Shown here one piece after another: positions 21,013-35,500 of a DNA stretch of 64,000 bases. Under the pieces are notes generated by a model, which saw nothing but the letters and a program-made list of their open reading frames with translations, was not told the DNA's origin and did no database searches. A program made the translations under genes and the position numbers. This stretch comes from Azolla caroliniana (Eukaryota > Plantae > Polypodiophyta): assembly GCA_043228905.1 (NCBI GenBank), contig JBHGNT010000012.1, forward strand, positions 13,702,001 through 13,766,000, read 5' to 3'. Every line of letters begins with the position of its first letter. The first letter of the stretch is position 1.

Positions 21013-24000
21013 ATGGCTCAAATTAACGACCCGATGTCATCCGCTCAAGCGGAAGGAACTCAAGGGAATCCTCCTGGACAAATGTCCACTGAGATGTATT
21101 TGGCACAAATAACCCAATACCTTAGTTTCACCGCTCAACAGATGACCGAACTTCGGCAATCTCAGAGTGCTCTTGAGGCACGTGTCATTAGTCTACAACG
21201 TGAGACTAATAGACCTGATGAGCGACAAGGTGAACCATCATTTGTCGTTAAGCCATTTACGGGAGACAAAAAGGAAAGAACCGAAGAAGCAATCTGCACA
21301 TGGCTTGGACGATGGGAGTCTCATTTTGAGCTCTATCCCACGCCAGATAGTACGAAGATTGCATATGTCGGCCGAGAACTCGGGGGTAAGGCCGCCGCCT
21401 GGTGGCGTGGCCTCCGTACTATGGGGAAATTGCCCGATACCTGTACAGATTTTGTCACGGTTTTTAAGGGCCAATTTCTGCAACCTCCCTCTCGAACCGA
21501 GGCAGCACAAGCTTTAATGAACCTCTCTAGCAGGAAATTTTCCTCGCTAGAAGACTATGTTCACCATGCTAGAACCCAAATCCAAAAATCGGGTCTAGAA
21601 GGGGACAATTGGTTGATAGCTTGTTTTGTCAATGGCATCCCCAATTCGGACTATCACTCGATAGTGCACGATAAGGATCCAAAATCCTTCGAAGAGGCCG
21701 TTGAAATAGTTCTTCGTTCTCAACGCACTTCGAAGAAGGACCATAACAAACCCAACGAAGCGCCCGGGACTAAGCAGTCGCAATTTGTTGGGAAACGCAA
21801 GACACCCAACGAATTCCTGGATCGCGATTGTAAGCGACAACATCCTTTTTGTGTATTCTGCAAAAAGAAGGGTCATACAAAAGATCAATGTCGAAAGCTC
21901 CAACGGAAAGAGCACGACAACAAAGCTAAAGCTGCAGACCATAAAGGTCAGATTCCTAATGTCCTTCAGGTCTATACACATCATTTAAGTAATTGTCAAT
22001 GTTCTTTCCCTCACTATGTATTGGGTCCCAATGATTTACTACGTGCAAACGGGTATATCAATGGATCTCCCGTACAATTTTTATTTGATTCGGGAAGCTC
22101 ACACAATTTTGTGAATGATCGTTTGGTTCAGATATGGGGAATCCAACCCACCGTAAGTGATCACACCTACACGGTGCACTTGGCTGATGGAAGAGTACAA
22201 TACATCAACGGGGCGATTCATTCATTAGGAATTTCTATTGATACTTATATAGAGGAAGTAGACTTCCATGTAATGAATCTTTGTACCACCGATGTAATAC
22301 TGGGTTATCCCTGGTTTTATAATAAAAACTCTTCTTTATTTATTGATTGGGTTCGACATTCCATTTCTTTTGTACTGAACGATTGTACGCATTTTATTCA
22401 ATGTGTAAAAAAACAATCCCTCTCGATTGTTTCCTCGTGTCCATCAATATCCGAGTTGTCTTGTTCTACGTTATTTTATTGTGTACTTGATCCGGACATT
22501 CACGTTTACAATATCGATAATGTCCCGATTCAATTAACATATTTTGAACAACAACAACTTGATGAAATCTTAAATGATTTTCATGATGTTTTTCCAAGTG
22601 AACTACCTGATGGGTTACCTCCTAAACGTAATATAGACCATCGTATAGATATTGTACCTGGTGTTGCACCAATAAGTATACCTCCGTATCGCTTAAGTCG
22701 ATCCGAAGAAGATGAGGTATCTAAGCAACTCAAGGACTATTTACGAATGGGTTATATACGTTATAGTAAATCTCCATGGGGTGCACCAGTTCTCTTGGTT
22801 AAAAAGAAAGAGGGCACATGGCGTATGTGTATTAATTACCGACGCTTGAATAAAGTGACGATAAGGAATTCGTATCCATTGCCCCGGGCTGACGATCTAA
22901 TTGACCGTCTCCAGGGAGCTCGGTATTTTACGAAACTTGATCTCCGTACTGGCTACCATCAAATACGAATAAGTGAGGACGATGTTCGTAAAACGGCATT
23001 TCGTACGCGCTATGGCCATTACGAGTTTTTGGTTATGCCTTTTGGTTTGACCAATGCTCTGGCTACTTTTCAACAAGAAATGAATGACATTTTCCGAGAA
23101 CAACTTGGAAAATTTGTCGTTATTTTCTTGGATGATATTTTAGTTTATAGCCGTACATTACAAGAACATGCTACACATGTCCGCTTTGTTTTACAAACAT
23201 TGCGTGACAAACAGTTTTATGCGAAGATCTCAAAATGTGAGTTCTTCAAGAAATCAATTACTTATCTAGGACATCTCATAACCGAACGAGGAGTTGAAAT
23301 TGATCCTTCTCGCATTGAGAAAATCAAGCTTTGGCCCACTCTTCGGAATATTCGAGAAGTTCGATCATTCCTTGGTTTTGTGGGGTTTTTGCGAAAGTCT
23401 CTTCGTAATTACTCCCAATTGACGATGCCGTTTACTGATCTTTTAAAAGGTCAAACGCGTAAGTCTACAAAACCTATTGTGTGGAATGCTACACTAGACC
23501 TTGCATTTAAGGAACTCAAGGACCTAGTTTGCAAGGCTCCTTCACTTCTTTTACCTGATCCTTCAAAACCTTTTGAGGTTGAAACCGATGCAAGCGATTA
23601 TGCTATAGGTGCTGTCTTGTATCAAGATGGTAAACCAATAGCATTCGAGAGTAAGAAACTTGATTCTGCTCAATGTCGGTATACCGTTCAAGAAAAGGAA
23701 TTATTTGCAGTTATACATGCGCTCAAAACATGGCGCCATTATCTTTATGGAAATCACTTTGTGGTAACTACGGACCACGAGTCCTTGAAATATTTTTGTG
23801 ACCAACAAGACCTCAAAGGTCGTAAGGCACGATGGGCTGATCTCATCCAGGACTTTGATTTTTCCATACGATATCGTAAAGGTTCCATGAACATTGTCGC
23901 TGATGCACTAAGTCGCATCCGTGAAGTTAACACGCTTAGCTTCACTGAAATATCATCAGATCTTTATGATCACCTTCGAGGAAAGTATCCTGATGACAGT

Positions 24001-25446
24001 TATTTCGCAAAATACTGGGCTAGAGTTGAGTCTGGAACAGACACCACCACATCCTTGAAGGAATACTTCCACATTGCTAACGGTTTGCTCTACCGTAATG
24101 GGAAGGTTTGTGTTCCAGATTTACCCGAGGTCAAAAAGAGGATTCTTTTTGAATGCCATGATGCACCCTCCGCAGGGCACCCTGGAATACATCGTACATT
24201 CGTTCTCATCTCCACTCAATTTTATTGGCCTAAGATGCGTCCTGACATACATAGCTATGTGACTAAATGTCACCAGTGTCAGGTTAACAAAGCCGAGCGA
24301 CTTAAAGCCGCAGGACTTTTACATCCCCTGGACATTCCCAATAATAAGTGGGAAAGTATATCCATGGATTTTATTGTTAGCCTTCCTCGCACCCAAAAAG
24401 GTCATGATGCCATCTAGGTTGTCGTTGATCGACTAACTAAAATGGCCTGATTTATTGCTACTAAAACCACGGTAACAGCTCCTGAATTGGCTTACCAATT
24501 CGTTGACGAATTGTTTCGTTTTTATGGGTTACCGATGGATATCGTGAGTGATCGAGATCCAAAGTTTACTAGTGACTTCTGGACACAAGTCTTTAAGAAG
24601 TTAGAAACTACGTTGAGCATGAGCTCCACGGATCATCCTCAATCCGATGGACAGACAGAACGAGTAAATCAAATTATTGAGGACATGCTTCGAGCATACG
24701 TTGGTGCAAAACCAACAAAATGGGAACGTTATCTCCCAATTTTGGAGTTTGCTTATAACAGCTCCAAGCATACGTCGACGGGATATAGTCCTTTTATGTT
24801 GATGTATGGTTTTCAGCCACGAGCCCCGATTGATGTTACTATACATCATGATGAGTTGCGAAGTACGCAAAACTTTCTTCGGGATATGCAAGATATGTTG
24901 CATATTGCACGAGATAATATAAAAACAGCTCAAGATAGAGCGCGTTTTTATGCCGATCATCATCGGCAACCTCGTGTATTCAACCCTGGACAGAAGGTAT
25001 TTTTACGTGTACCTCACAATTCTAAGACATTGTCTACGGGTAAGTGCGCTAAGTTAGCCCCACGGTTTTGTGGACCTTTTACAGTCCTCAAACGAATTGG
25101 GTCATCAGCCTATCGTCTCGCTCTTCCCGATGGTGTCGGAATTCATCCAGTCTTTCATGTGAGTCGTCTAAAAGAACTTCTAGGTTCTGGCGACAATACA
25201 GTTACGACTGAAACTCTGGTTACTTCTGAAGAATTATCTTCTAAACCACATGTACCAGAAAGAATTCTCGATGTTAAAACAAAAAAATTACGTACTAAAG
25301 AAATCCGAGAATTTAAAATAAAATGGATGGATAAATCAATAAAAGATGCCACATGGGAACGCGAAAATACTCTTAGAACTAACTTCCCTAACTTTCCATT
25401 GCAAGAGTGCAATGTTTTAAAGAGGGGGAGTATGTTACGGGCATGA
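21013..25446 (+). pseudogene. gag-pol polyprotein of chromovirus B with two nonsense codons in integrase
   Basis: [43 protein letters not shown] integrase, GPF motif and chromodomain PERILD...FKIKW...DATWE. In-frame TAG at 24415-24417 and TGA at 24448-24450. Confidence 0.93.
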
Positions 25447-25887
25447 CCATATAATATCCCGTGGTAAGAATTTACCGTAGTATTCTATACACGTGGATAA
25501 GTGTGAGGGTTAAACGAGAGTGTAAAGAAGGGGAGGATTACTTTTAATCCTCGGGATTGAGACAACCCATTAGGTCAAGTGTGAACATGCCTGGGGGCCT
25601 TGGGTATCGCTATAAATAAGAGGCCTAGCTACCCTCATTTGATCATGTTTTGACTACATCGAGACTCTGCTCGTGTGGTGGGTCAACTCTTGTAGCGAGC
25701 GCGCCAGCACCAGGTACGACTCGACGCCACGGCGGTGGTATGGGACGCCGATCGAGGCTCGAGTCCGTCTCGATCCCTTCGCTCGGGGGTGGTCGGGTGG
25801 ATCGGCACCCTTCTTTCTCTTTCTCCTTTCTATCTATCTTTTCATTATCCTTATCTTTAGCTTACGTTAGTACCAAGATCTATAATA
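25433..25887 (+). repeat. 3' LTR of chromovirus B
   Basis: Follows the PPT and is followed by TSD CGAGC. Confidence 0.95.
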
Positions 25888-26613
25888 CGAGCCAACCAAG
25901 GCATCAACCCCTCTGTCAATCAATCCCTAAGAAGGGGAGGATGATTCTACATCGCCGAAATCCTATTGCAAGGGCGAATCATCCAACAAGACTCTTGATG
26001 ACGGTTCAAGAAATATAGGTCAACCAATTGAGTTGATCGATGGACTCAACCAACTAATATCTTGGCACCTAGGAGATCAAGACGAGTCAGAAGGCCGACC
26101 AAGTTTGATCAAGCGGGCCTCAACTACATCCACTACACCGACACAGCCGAACCAATCTCATATGAAGAAGCTATGGCCACACCGGATGCCGAGACATGGT
26201 TGTAAGCCATGAGATTCGAAATGGACTCGATAAAAGAGAATCAGACATGGGAGTTGGTCAAATTACCAGTCGATAGGAAGTAGTTACCTTGTAAATGGGT
26301 CTATTGATACAAGTATGTGTGAGGTTCCGATCGACCTAAGTACAAAGCTCGGCTCGTTGCCAAAGGTTTCAAACAGGAACATGGGGTTGATTATGACGAG
26401 ATCTTCTTGCCAATAGTCAAAATGACCATTCTTCGGCTCCTTCTCGGGGTCGTGGCAACTGAAGACCTAGAGCTCAAACAACTAGATGTCAAAACAGCCT
26501 TCCTTCAAGGAGATCGAGATGAAGACAACTATATGTCTCAATCGGCAGACTTCACATTGACAGGGGAGCAAGGTCACCTCGTCTGCAAGATGAAGAAGAG
26601 CCTATATGGCCTC

Positions 26614-29600
26614 TATTGAGTGGACAAGCTCAATTGGATCGACATCGGTTGAGTATGCCAGAGCCGGATCGGAGTCCAGAACGAAGAACTGGATCGTTGT
26701 TCGTATATATCGGTATTTGGAATCTAGAGCCGGACCGGAGAACCGAATCGTACTCTGGAATAGTGAGAACCGGTAGGCTGTTGAAGCCTACGGTCTGAGC
26801 CTAGTATGTAAGCATATTCCTTGGAGTTAGTGTTAGACACTCGTATGAGCATTGGAGTACATGTCAATACTTCTGTCAGTCCTTTTAAGGACTTGTATAA
26901 AAGTGCTCATTGAGCACATTGTATGTATAGAGCGTTATTATTTTGAATTGAGTTTAGTTCTACTCTATCTGTCTCTCTCGTTTACTCTCTGTGTGTTCAA
27001 GCTTCCATTAGACCTTGTCTTTGTTTTCTGTTGGTATGCGGCTAAGCCGGTTTGTCTAAGCTTCCGCACACGATTCTTCACATGGTATTAGAGCAAGAGG
27101 GTTAGAACATCCTCTACTGCTGACAAGCGATTTGTCAAATACAAACCCAAACCTAACACCCGGTAAAATAGACAGAAGAAGATATGGACAAAAGCATTGC
27201 GAGCTCACTTCCTGCAGAAAATCTTGACCGGAGCAACTATGTGTCTTGGTTGTATAAGATGCATCAGTACCTACTAGGACACAAATATTGGAGCTACGTG
27301 GAAGGAGCAAATGCAACAATGCTTGATTCGGCACACATGGACTTCCCGGCATGGGAGCAAGGAGCGAGTAGAGTTTTGTATTGCCTTACATCCTGTGTGC
27401 ACGATCAGGTGCTCATCTACATCAGAGACGGAAAGTCGTCGAAGGAGGCCGGGGAAAATCTCCGGAATATTTTCGCCGCAAGTACCACGGCTCGGAAATT
27501 GCAGCTCTGGCAATAGCTCAACAGTATCTGGGAACGAGACATGTCGGTTACCTACTACACCACAAAGATCAAGGAGATCTATGATGCACTCGGGTCCATC
27601 AATGTGACGGTGGATGAAGACAAGATGGTTCAGATATGCCTTGGTGGTCTAGCACAACGGTACGGGCCAATCCCGATTGTAATTTGCACCTGGGAGAAGC
27701 CACCGTCATTCTTCAACCTGGAATCGACGGTGATGGTCTAAGAAAACCACACGAGTGGGTCGAGGACCACTGAATCAGACAGTCGGATGTTGTACACGGA
27801 GGCAGATCAACCCCGTGGGCGTGGAGGATGAGGTGGGTTGGCACGCAATGGAGGCAACCAACAAGAGCATAATCGGAGGCACAGAGATGGTGTCGACAAC
27901 AATTCTAAACCCTCCACAAGCAGGGGGAGTCAAGGCAACGCCGGAAACCGGCAAGGGAAGGCCGACATGGAATGTTGGTATTGTGGCAAGAAAGGCCACC
28001 GGGAGAGCGAGTGTTGGAAGAAGCGCGCCGGTTCGGATAAATCCAGATCTAGTAAGGCCAAACAAGGGAACCGATAGAGCTTGCACTACACAGAGGAATC
28101 GGAAGGATCCAGAACTGGTAAGACCGGAAAAGGCCCAACCTTCATGATTAAGCACAAGGCGAACTCGATAAAGAAGACCACTTCCGGATCAGAGGAATTG
28201 TTGTATGTTGATTCCAGAGCGTCCAACCATATGAAGAGTCACGAAGAGTGGTTCTCGTATCTAGAAAAATAGGAAAAACATGGAGTTGTCAAAACCGAAG
28301 ATGACACTCCTTACCCGATCGAGCATGTCGGGCAAAGAGGGAAGCTCATGGACGTGTTGCACATTTCGACAATCACGAAGAACCTAGTGTCGGTCAGACA
28401 GATCGTCGACCAGGGGATGTTTCATCGTGGAAGAGGGCTAGATCATTGCGCAAGGGTGCAAGGATAGGAGGATGTTCATCCTCAACACCAACGACGTCGG
28501 CACCGCCTTGTTTGTCAAAGGGTAGAAGATCGAATAGTACATCAATCTCTGGCACAAGGGGATCAACCATATCAATTACCGGAGGCTTCAGGACTTGCAA
28601 TCGAAATAGATTGTATTCGAATTGCTGAAATGTAGTGGCTAGAGTCAATATTTCATCTCCTTCATCGATGACTACAATCGACACACATGGATCTACCTGA
28701 TCGAAAGGAAAAGCAAAGTTTTCAATTGTTTCCAGAACCTGCAAAGCCTTGTGGAACGGGAAATGGAGAGGAAGATCAAGTGTCTGCGGTCGGATGGCGA
28801 AAAAGAATACTTTTCCGGCTAACTCAACAGTTATCATCAATAGAAGGGAATTCAGAGAGAATTTAGTTGCAGATATACACCATAACAAAATGGTGTGGCG
28901 GAAAGGAAGAACCAGTCGATTGTTGACGTGGCAAGGGCAATACTGGAGGAGAAGAGCATGCCCAAGTTCTACTGGGTTGAGGTGGTGTGGATGGTCATCG
29001 ACATCCAAAAACGGATTGGGGATAAGGTGTCAGCAAACGAGTTGTATTTCAGGGGAAAGTCGAATTTAAGGCACCTTAAGCTATTCGGTAGCATAGCCTA
29101 TGTGCATGTACCAGATGAGAAGCGGAGAACGTTGGATCTGAAGTCGGAGAAGTGCATATTTGTTGGCCACTCTCATGAGTAGAAGGGGTATAAGTGCTAT
29201 GACCCCCAAACAAAGACAGTCTGAGTAAGCTGAGATGTCGACTTTGACGAATCAACATCCTGGTACTCTCGACCGACTCAAGGCCCCAACTCCAACCCGA
29301 TTCTGGAAGATGAGCCTAGTGAGCCGGAAACAATCCAGGAGGAGTTCATTACTCTAAACGAGAGTCCAATCTCATTTTGGCTGAGCGGTGAGTGACTGAG
29401 TTGGAACGACCTGTTGGACGAAGAGTCGACAAGCAGTGGAGACTCGATCAGGCTCTCCCCATGCAAGGAACCGAGGAGACGGTTCACGCGCAAAGAGAAA
29501 GGGAAAAAGAAGATGCCATAATATGACACCGATAGAGACGAGTCGAATCAGAGTGAATCCGACTCCGGAAAGAACAGAGAGGAATCTTTGGAAGAGAAGT

Positions 29601-30965
29601 TCGAGTTAGCCAAGAATGCCTTGAAATCAGCTAACAAAAAGTTATGTCAATTGACCTGCCAGAAGAACCCCGTAAAGAGGTATGGATATAATGAGTACAT
29701 TGCGCATCACTCTGCGTACATGACGAAAGTGGCAGAAGTGCATGAGCCGGAGAGCCACGTCGAAGCGATGAAAGACGTGAAGTAGCATGCCACTATGGAG
29801 GAAGAGATGCAAGCACTCAATGCCAATGACACATGGGACCCGGTTGACCCTCCCTGACAATGCAAACCGATCGGTTGCAAGTGGGTGTACAAGGTAAAGT
29901 ATAATGTTGACAGTTCGGTCAACCGGTACAAGGCCCGACTAGTGGCGAAGGGATACACACAGACCCACGGAATCGATTATGACGAGACCTTCACTCCGAT
30001 AGCAAAGATGACGACGGTTCATGTGGTGCTAGGGGTTGCTACAGCAAGGGGGTGGCATCTTCACCAAATGGACGTGAAGAATGCATTTCTTCAAGGTGAC
30101 CTTGAGGAACAAGTTTACATGTCTCAACCCCTTGGTTTTCAGTCATAGATGAATAGGTCGGCAGTGTGCCGCCTCAAGAAGTTGCTTTATGGCCTAAAGC
30201 AAGGCCCTCGAGCTTGGAATGCGAAAATCACGCACCGGTTGCGTAAGATGGGGTTTGCGGCCTCAAAGTACGACTCTTCATTGTTCATTTGGAAAGGTCC
30301 GGTATGTATCTTACTATATGTAGATGATCTAGTGATCACCGGACCCGATGTTGCTGAAATCGGTTGAGTGAAGTCTCAATAGTCGGACGCATTTGAAATG
30401 AAGGACCAGGAGGACCTTCATTATTTCCTCGGGATCGAGGTGATTGATACTCCCGATGGCATATTGCTCTCACAACGACATTATGTTCGGGATACGTTGT
30501 ACAAGTTCGGCATGACCGATTGCCGAACAGTTTAATGATCAGCCGACCCGACATCAGCTATCTGGTCGGAGCGATCAATCAATTTATGTAGAAGCCGACC
30601 ATGGAGCACCTTCAATGTGCTCATTGAATATTGAGGTATGTTAGCGACACTAAGGACTGGGGATTGTTATACCGACACGGTATAACCGAAAAGCTAGTTG
30701 GATATACAAATGCCGATCGGGCCGGTGATGCGTCGGATCGTCGGTCCACTTCTAGTTACTTGTTCTCTCTAGGTAGTACGGTTGTTGTGTGGAGCAGCAA
30801 AAAGCAGCCGACTATGGCTCTATCGAGCACCGAGGTTGAGTATCGGGGCACTACCATTGCCACATGTGAAGTTATATGGGTTTGGCAGCTGCTGCAAGAC
30901 CTCCAGTTCAGAGTACTGACTCTTATCCCGATCTGCTATGACAACATGAGCAATATGCAACTTCG
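26614..30965 (+). mobile_element. decayed Ty1/copia E, 3' truncated (same family as G)
   Basis: 5' LTR 26614-27082 (TG mutated to TA) and PBS TGGTATTAGAGC at 27083. Gag from 27184 with CWYCGKKGHRESEC, then IN, RT and RNaseH remnants. Breaks off in RNaseH; inserted in the RT of A. Confidence 0.88.
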
Positions 30966-31394
30966 CGATCTACCCAATCCACGACGGTGGTATGGGATGC
31001 CGATCGAGGCTCGAGTTTGTTTCGATCCCCTTCACTTGGGGGTGATCGAGTGGATTGACACCCTTCTTTCTCTCTCCTCTCTTATTTTTCTATCTATTAT
31101 ATCCTTATCTCATGCTTACATTAGGATATAGCTCTAACAATTGGTATCTGAGCTTTTATTCTAATGTTTCTTTTGTTGATTGTTTTCTTTTTCTTCTTGT
31201 TGGATGGCGGTCGAATGTTGTGCAATCGATCAAGCTTGATCCAGATGAATATCAACAAAGGAACTTTGGTAACTCTTTATTTATTTATTTTTCTATTCTT
31301 TCTTCTCTCGATCTAATCATGTATAGTCAATATGTAATTTTTTTCATTGATTCAATTACGTTGTAGTGGTAATAATTGGTTGTATAAAACATAC

Positions 31395-31655
31395 TCATAT
31401 GTGTATGAGATCAATACCTCATTTGACATATATTTGATATGTGATTTGTGTCATATGCGTGCGAGGTTAATACCTCAATTGCGTGTTATGTTCACATACA
31501 TATACTACGTATGTATATGAGGTCAATGCCTCAATTTTTATGTAAATGATACGTGATTTGTGTCATATGCGTAAGAGGTCAATACCTCAATTGCGTATTA
31601 AGTTCAGGATGTTTCGTGTGCATAGAGGCTATATATGCCTCCATTACATCATTCA
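31395..31655 (+). repeat. five-unit hairpin array in the leader of F
   Basis: Same GAGGT-N4-ACCTC units and order as 14150-14420. Confidence 0.8.
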
Positions 31656-32500
31656 TTGGCTATGTTATGTTATGATTTCTAATATATGCATATGTAATCG
31701 TGTGTATACGTATTTAATTGTATACATGTGATAAACATAAATATGTGTATATTATTGTTTATTACGTGATTTTGGAATATCAAACGTTGCCCTTTCCAGG
31801 GTAAGGATCTTGGTGGCCATCCTCACATTTTTGTGAGAATGGAGTAGTCACCATCCCTTTTCAACAATTTTCTTTTGGGTCATACCCGTTGGTCACCTCG
31901 ATTTCGCTAGACATTACAACGAAACGATTATAACCACAATGATGTTATGAACATTAGGGCTTGATCCACTTCATGTGAGGTCGCTCCTATGATGACACAC
32001 ACATCCAACATCCCTTCCTCGTTACATGGTTGCAATGCCACCATGAGATCATCATTACATATGACATTCATAATGACGTAACCATCTGATGGGCCACGTG
32101 GGCCTACTACGAGAAGGGGGCTTGTGTGGCTTGACCATTAGGTTGCACTTTGGGGTATGTCATTGTAATGATGAGACTTGAGGTTAGGTAATGTACCAAC
32201 ATATTTTTCTTGTTAACAAGGGGAAAATAAGGTTTCTAAACACATATTTTTTCTTTTAAAAAAACATATATAGCCAAAAATGCCTTCGCATATCTCTTTA
32301 TTTTTATATGCAAAAACATTAAATATTCAAAAGGAGAAAACCATTTGGTTAGCTCAAGTTATTAATGTATTTGTTCTCGAGGTCTTAAGTTTACATATGA
32401 CCAAGACCATACAACATTATTGATACATATGACTATAAAACATGTTTAGACTTTAGGTCTAAGTGCACTTTGGGGTCCTCGTAATAGGACTTAAAGAGCC

Positions 32501-35500
32501 TGTGAATGTGAACGTACGGAAGTGTATTACAAAGCGGCTCTACCGGATAAAAATAGTTAGAGAGGAAGGTTCAATGGAAGCTTAACACAAAGAATATGCG
32601 TGGGAGAGACGGAGAGAGAGAAAGAGAGTAGAACATAAACTCTATTAAAAAATAACACTCTGTATATACAATATGCTTGACAACACTATTTATACAAGTC
32701 CTTGGAGGACTGACAGAAGTATTGTGTACTTCGATGCTCATACGAGCGACTGCCACTAACTACGAGGACTCTGACTACCTAGTAGTCTAGACGTGTATAA
32801 GCTACTACTAGCCTTCCGGTTCTCATTTGAATCTGGCTCTCCGATCCGGCTCCTAGTTTCGAATATCATCCGGTTCTTCGTCTCGGATACCGATCCAGTT
32901 CTGGCTTATTCAGCCAATTCGAATCCGGTTGAGCTTGCTCGCTCAACACTCCTCCTCAAGCTCAAGTTGAGGTCGGATCGTGGTGTCAGTGTCTACAGTA
33001 GCCAATCCTTTCTTTCGGCTCCTTCTGGCATCGTTCCGCCTTGCTCGCGCTCCTCGTCCGGTCCGGTCCCGTTTCCCACGACCCTTCTGGTTTCGTGCAC
33101 CTCGACCTCCTCGGTCGGCTTGTCTGCTCAACAGGCCCATCTCAACTCCTTCGCTGCTACGACTTCGGCGCTTGTTGACCCATTAGTTCCTCCGCTTCGG
33201 TGTCGACTTCCGCTGCCTTCTCATCCGCTTGGCCTTTGGTTGATCCGGCTCCTCCGAATCTTGAACCGAATCAGCTTCCTCCGATTCGTTCCAGCTCTAG
33301 TCTCCAACTCGTCTTCCTTTTTAGGCCCTTCACCACATCGGAGCACGTCCGGGTCTTGGCCTACTTCCGGTCGGCTCTCTCCTTCTTGACTCTGCCGCCT
33401 CTACCGCTTGCTCCGACTTGTTCGGATGTGCTGACTCCTTTGGTCAGCTCGGCTTCCTTTTTCTGCTCATCTCCCCCTTTGGTTCTTTCTTTCTCTATGG
33501 CTCCTTGTCTGGTGCTATCCATTCCCGTTCTTGTTCCTATTCTCCCCCTCAAGTGTGGCACGTCGAGACGCTGAATGCCGAGCATCTCCGAAAAGTGCTG
33601 CAACTTGTCCGATTTGAGTGGCTTGGTGAAGATATCGGTAGCTTGCCGATCCGTGTGAACATACTGAAGTTTAACTTCACCACTCAAGACCCGCTCATGC
33701 ACAAAGTGATAATGCACTTCTATGTGCTTTGTCTGAGCAGGGAATACGGGATTCTTGGCGAGCTGTATGCTGCTTATGTTGCCGCAGTAGATCAAGATCG
33801 GGGTCGACGCCTCGATCCGAACGTCTCGCAGGAGTCGCCAAAGCCAGATGACTTCACAAGTGGAAATGGTGGCGCCCCAGTATTCAGGCTCAGTGCTTGA
33901 TAGAGCCACCGTTGGCTTCATTTTGCTACTCCACGCAACAACGGCACTACCAAGAGAAAACATAAAACTGGCGGTGGATCGGCGATTCGATGGATCACCA
34001 GCCCAGTCGGCATTTGTGTATCCGACTAACTCTTTAGCTATACCGTGTCGGTATAATAGTCCGTGGTCCTTCGTGCCGCTAACATACCGGAGTATCCGGT
34101 GTGCACACTGAAGATGCTTGATGGTCAGCTTCTACATGAACTGGTTGATCACTCCAACCGGGTAACTGATGTCAGGTCGATTGATTGTCAAGTATATGAG
34201 GCTTCTGACAATTTGTCGGAACCGTTTCTCATCGCAGGCCGAGACGGAGTCCAAGGGTGTAGAGATCGGTCGACATTCGGTCATGCCAAACTTGTACAAC
34301 ATATTCAACACATAATGACATTGTGAGAGTAATATGTTGTCGGGGGTTCAGATCACCTCGATCCCAAGAAAATAATGAAGGTCCCCCAGATCCTTCATTT
34401 CAAATGCGTCCGACAATTGGGACTTCACTCGATCAATTTCATCGAGTCCGGGTCCGGTGATGACCAAATCATCTACATAAAGAAAAATGCAAATTGAACC
34501 GTTTGGACCGTTCCAGATGAACAATGATCAGTCGGACTTAGAGGCCACAAACCCCATCTTACGCAACCAATGTGTGATCTTTGCATTCCAAGCTCGGGGG
34601 GTTTGTTTCAGATCGTAAAGCGACTTCTTGAGTCGGCACATTACCGACTTGTTCATCTCCAATTGGAAACCGGGGGGTTGGATCCTATAGACCCGTTCTT
34701 CAAGATCACCTTGAAGAAATACAATCTTCACGTCCATTTGTTGAAGATGTCATTCCTGACGAGAAATATGCGGAATAATCTTCGGCCACAACCGAAGCGT
34801 AGATCACTTGATGACAATCAAACATAGAAGAAATGGGAATGGAGGTAAGTACACAAATAGAAAGAGAATACACATGATGTTAACGTGGAAAACCCTGAGA
34901 GGGAAAAACCACGAGAGTCCGCAGACTCCAAACTATCACTATGTCAAGGAGTACAACAGGGAGCACAGAGACAACTACCTCTTGCTCACAATCTTCGCCT
35001 GGCGGCGGTTACAACAGAGACATGCTCTGTCTTTCTCTCTCTCTCTCAGTACAGTCGTTACACCAATTACACTATATAAAGATAATAACAACAACTATAT
35101 GCTCAAATACACTGTTTGCCCTAGGTCACATTTATACTAATATGACATTAGGACTATTTATAGATATAACCCCAATGGGCTCTCAAAAACATATCTACAT
35201 ATATGTCCCTTCATCCGGTGAGAGGTTCTCACCGGGCCTGCAACATCCGGTTCTCACAGGTTCTTCCTTGCCGAGTACTCGTCATCCGGTTCTCACCGGG
35301 TCTGTATCATCCGGTTCTGGGTACTCCACATCCAGTTCTCACCAGGTCTTCCGATGCCGGGCCTTCGTATCCCATCCGGAGGGACCGAGATCCTAACAAA
35401 CTCCCCCTTTACTCCGGCATGGGATGCCTCGTCAATCCGATCCGCTTCCGGCATGCATCTAGCTTGTCGGGCGTCGACACCTTGGTCAGCATATCCGACC

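Larger units (their letters stand above)
13462..25887 (+). mobile_element. full-length Ty3/gypsy chromovirus B
   Basis: LTRs 13462-13906 and 25433-25887, TSD CGAGC (13457-13461, 25888-25892), PBS TGGTATCAGA at 13909, PPT AAGAGGGGGAG at 25420-25430, and gag-pol with a chromodomain. Confidence 0.96.
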
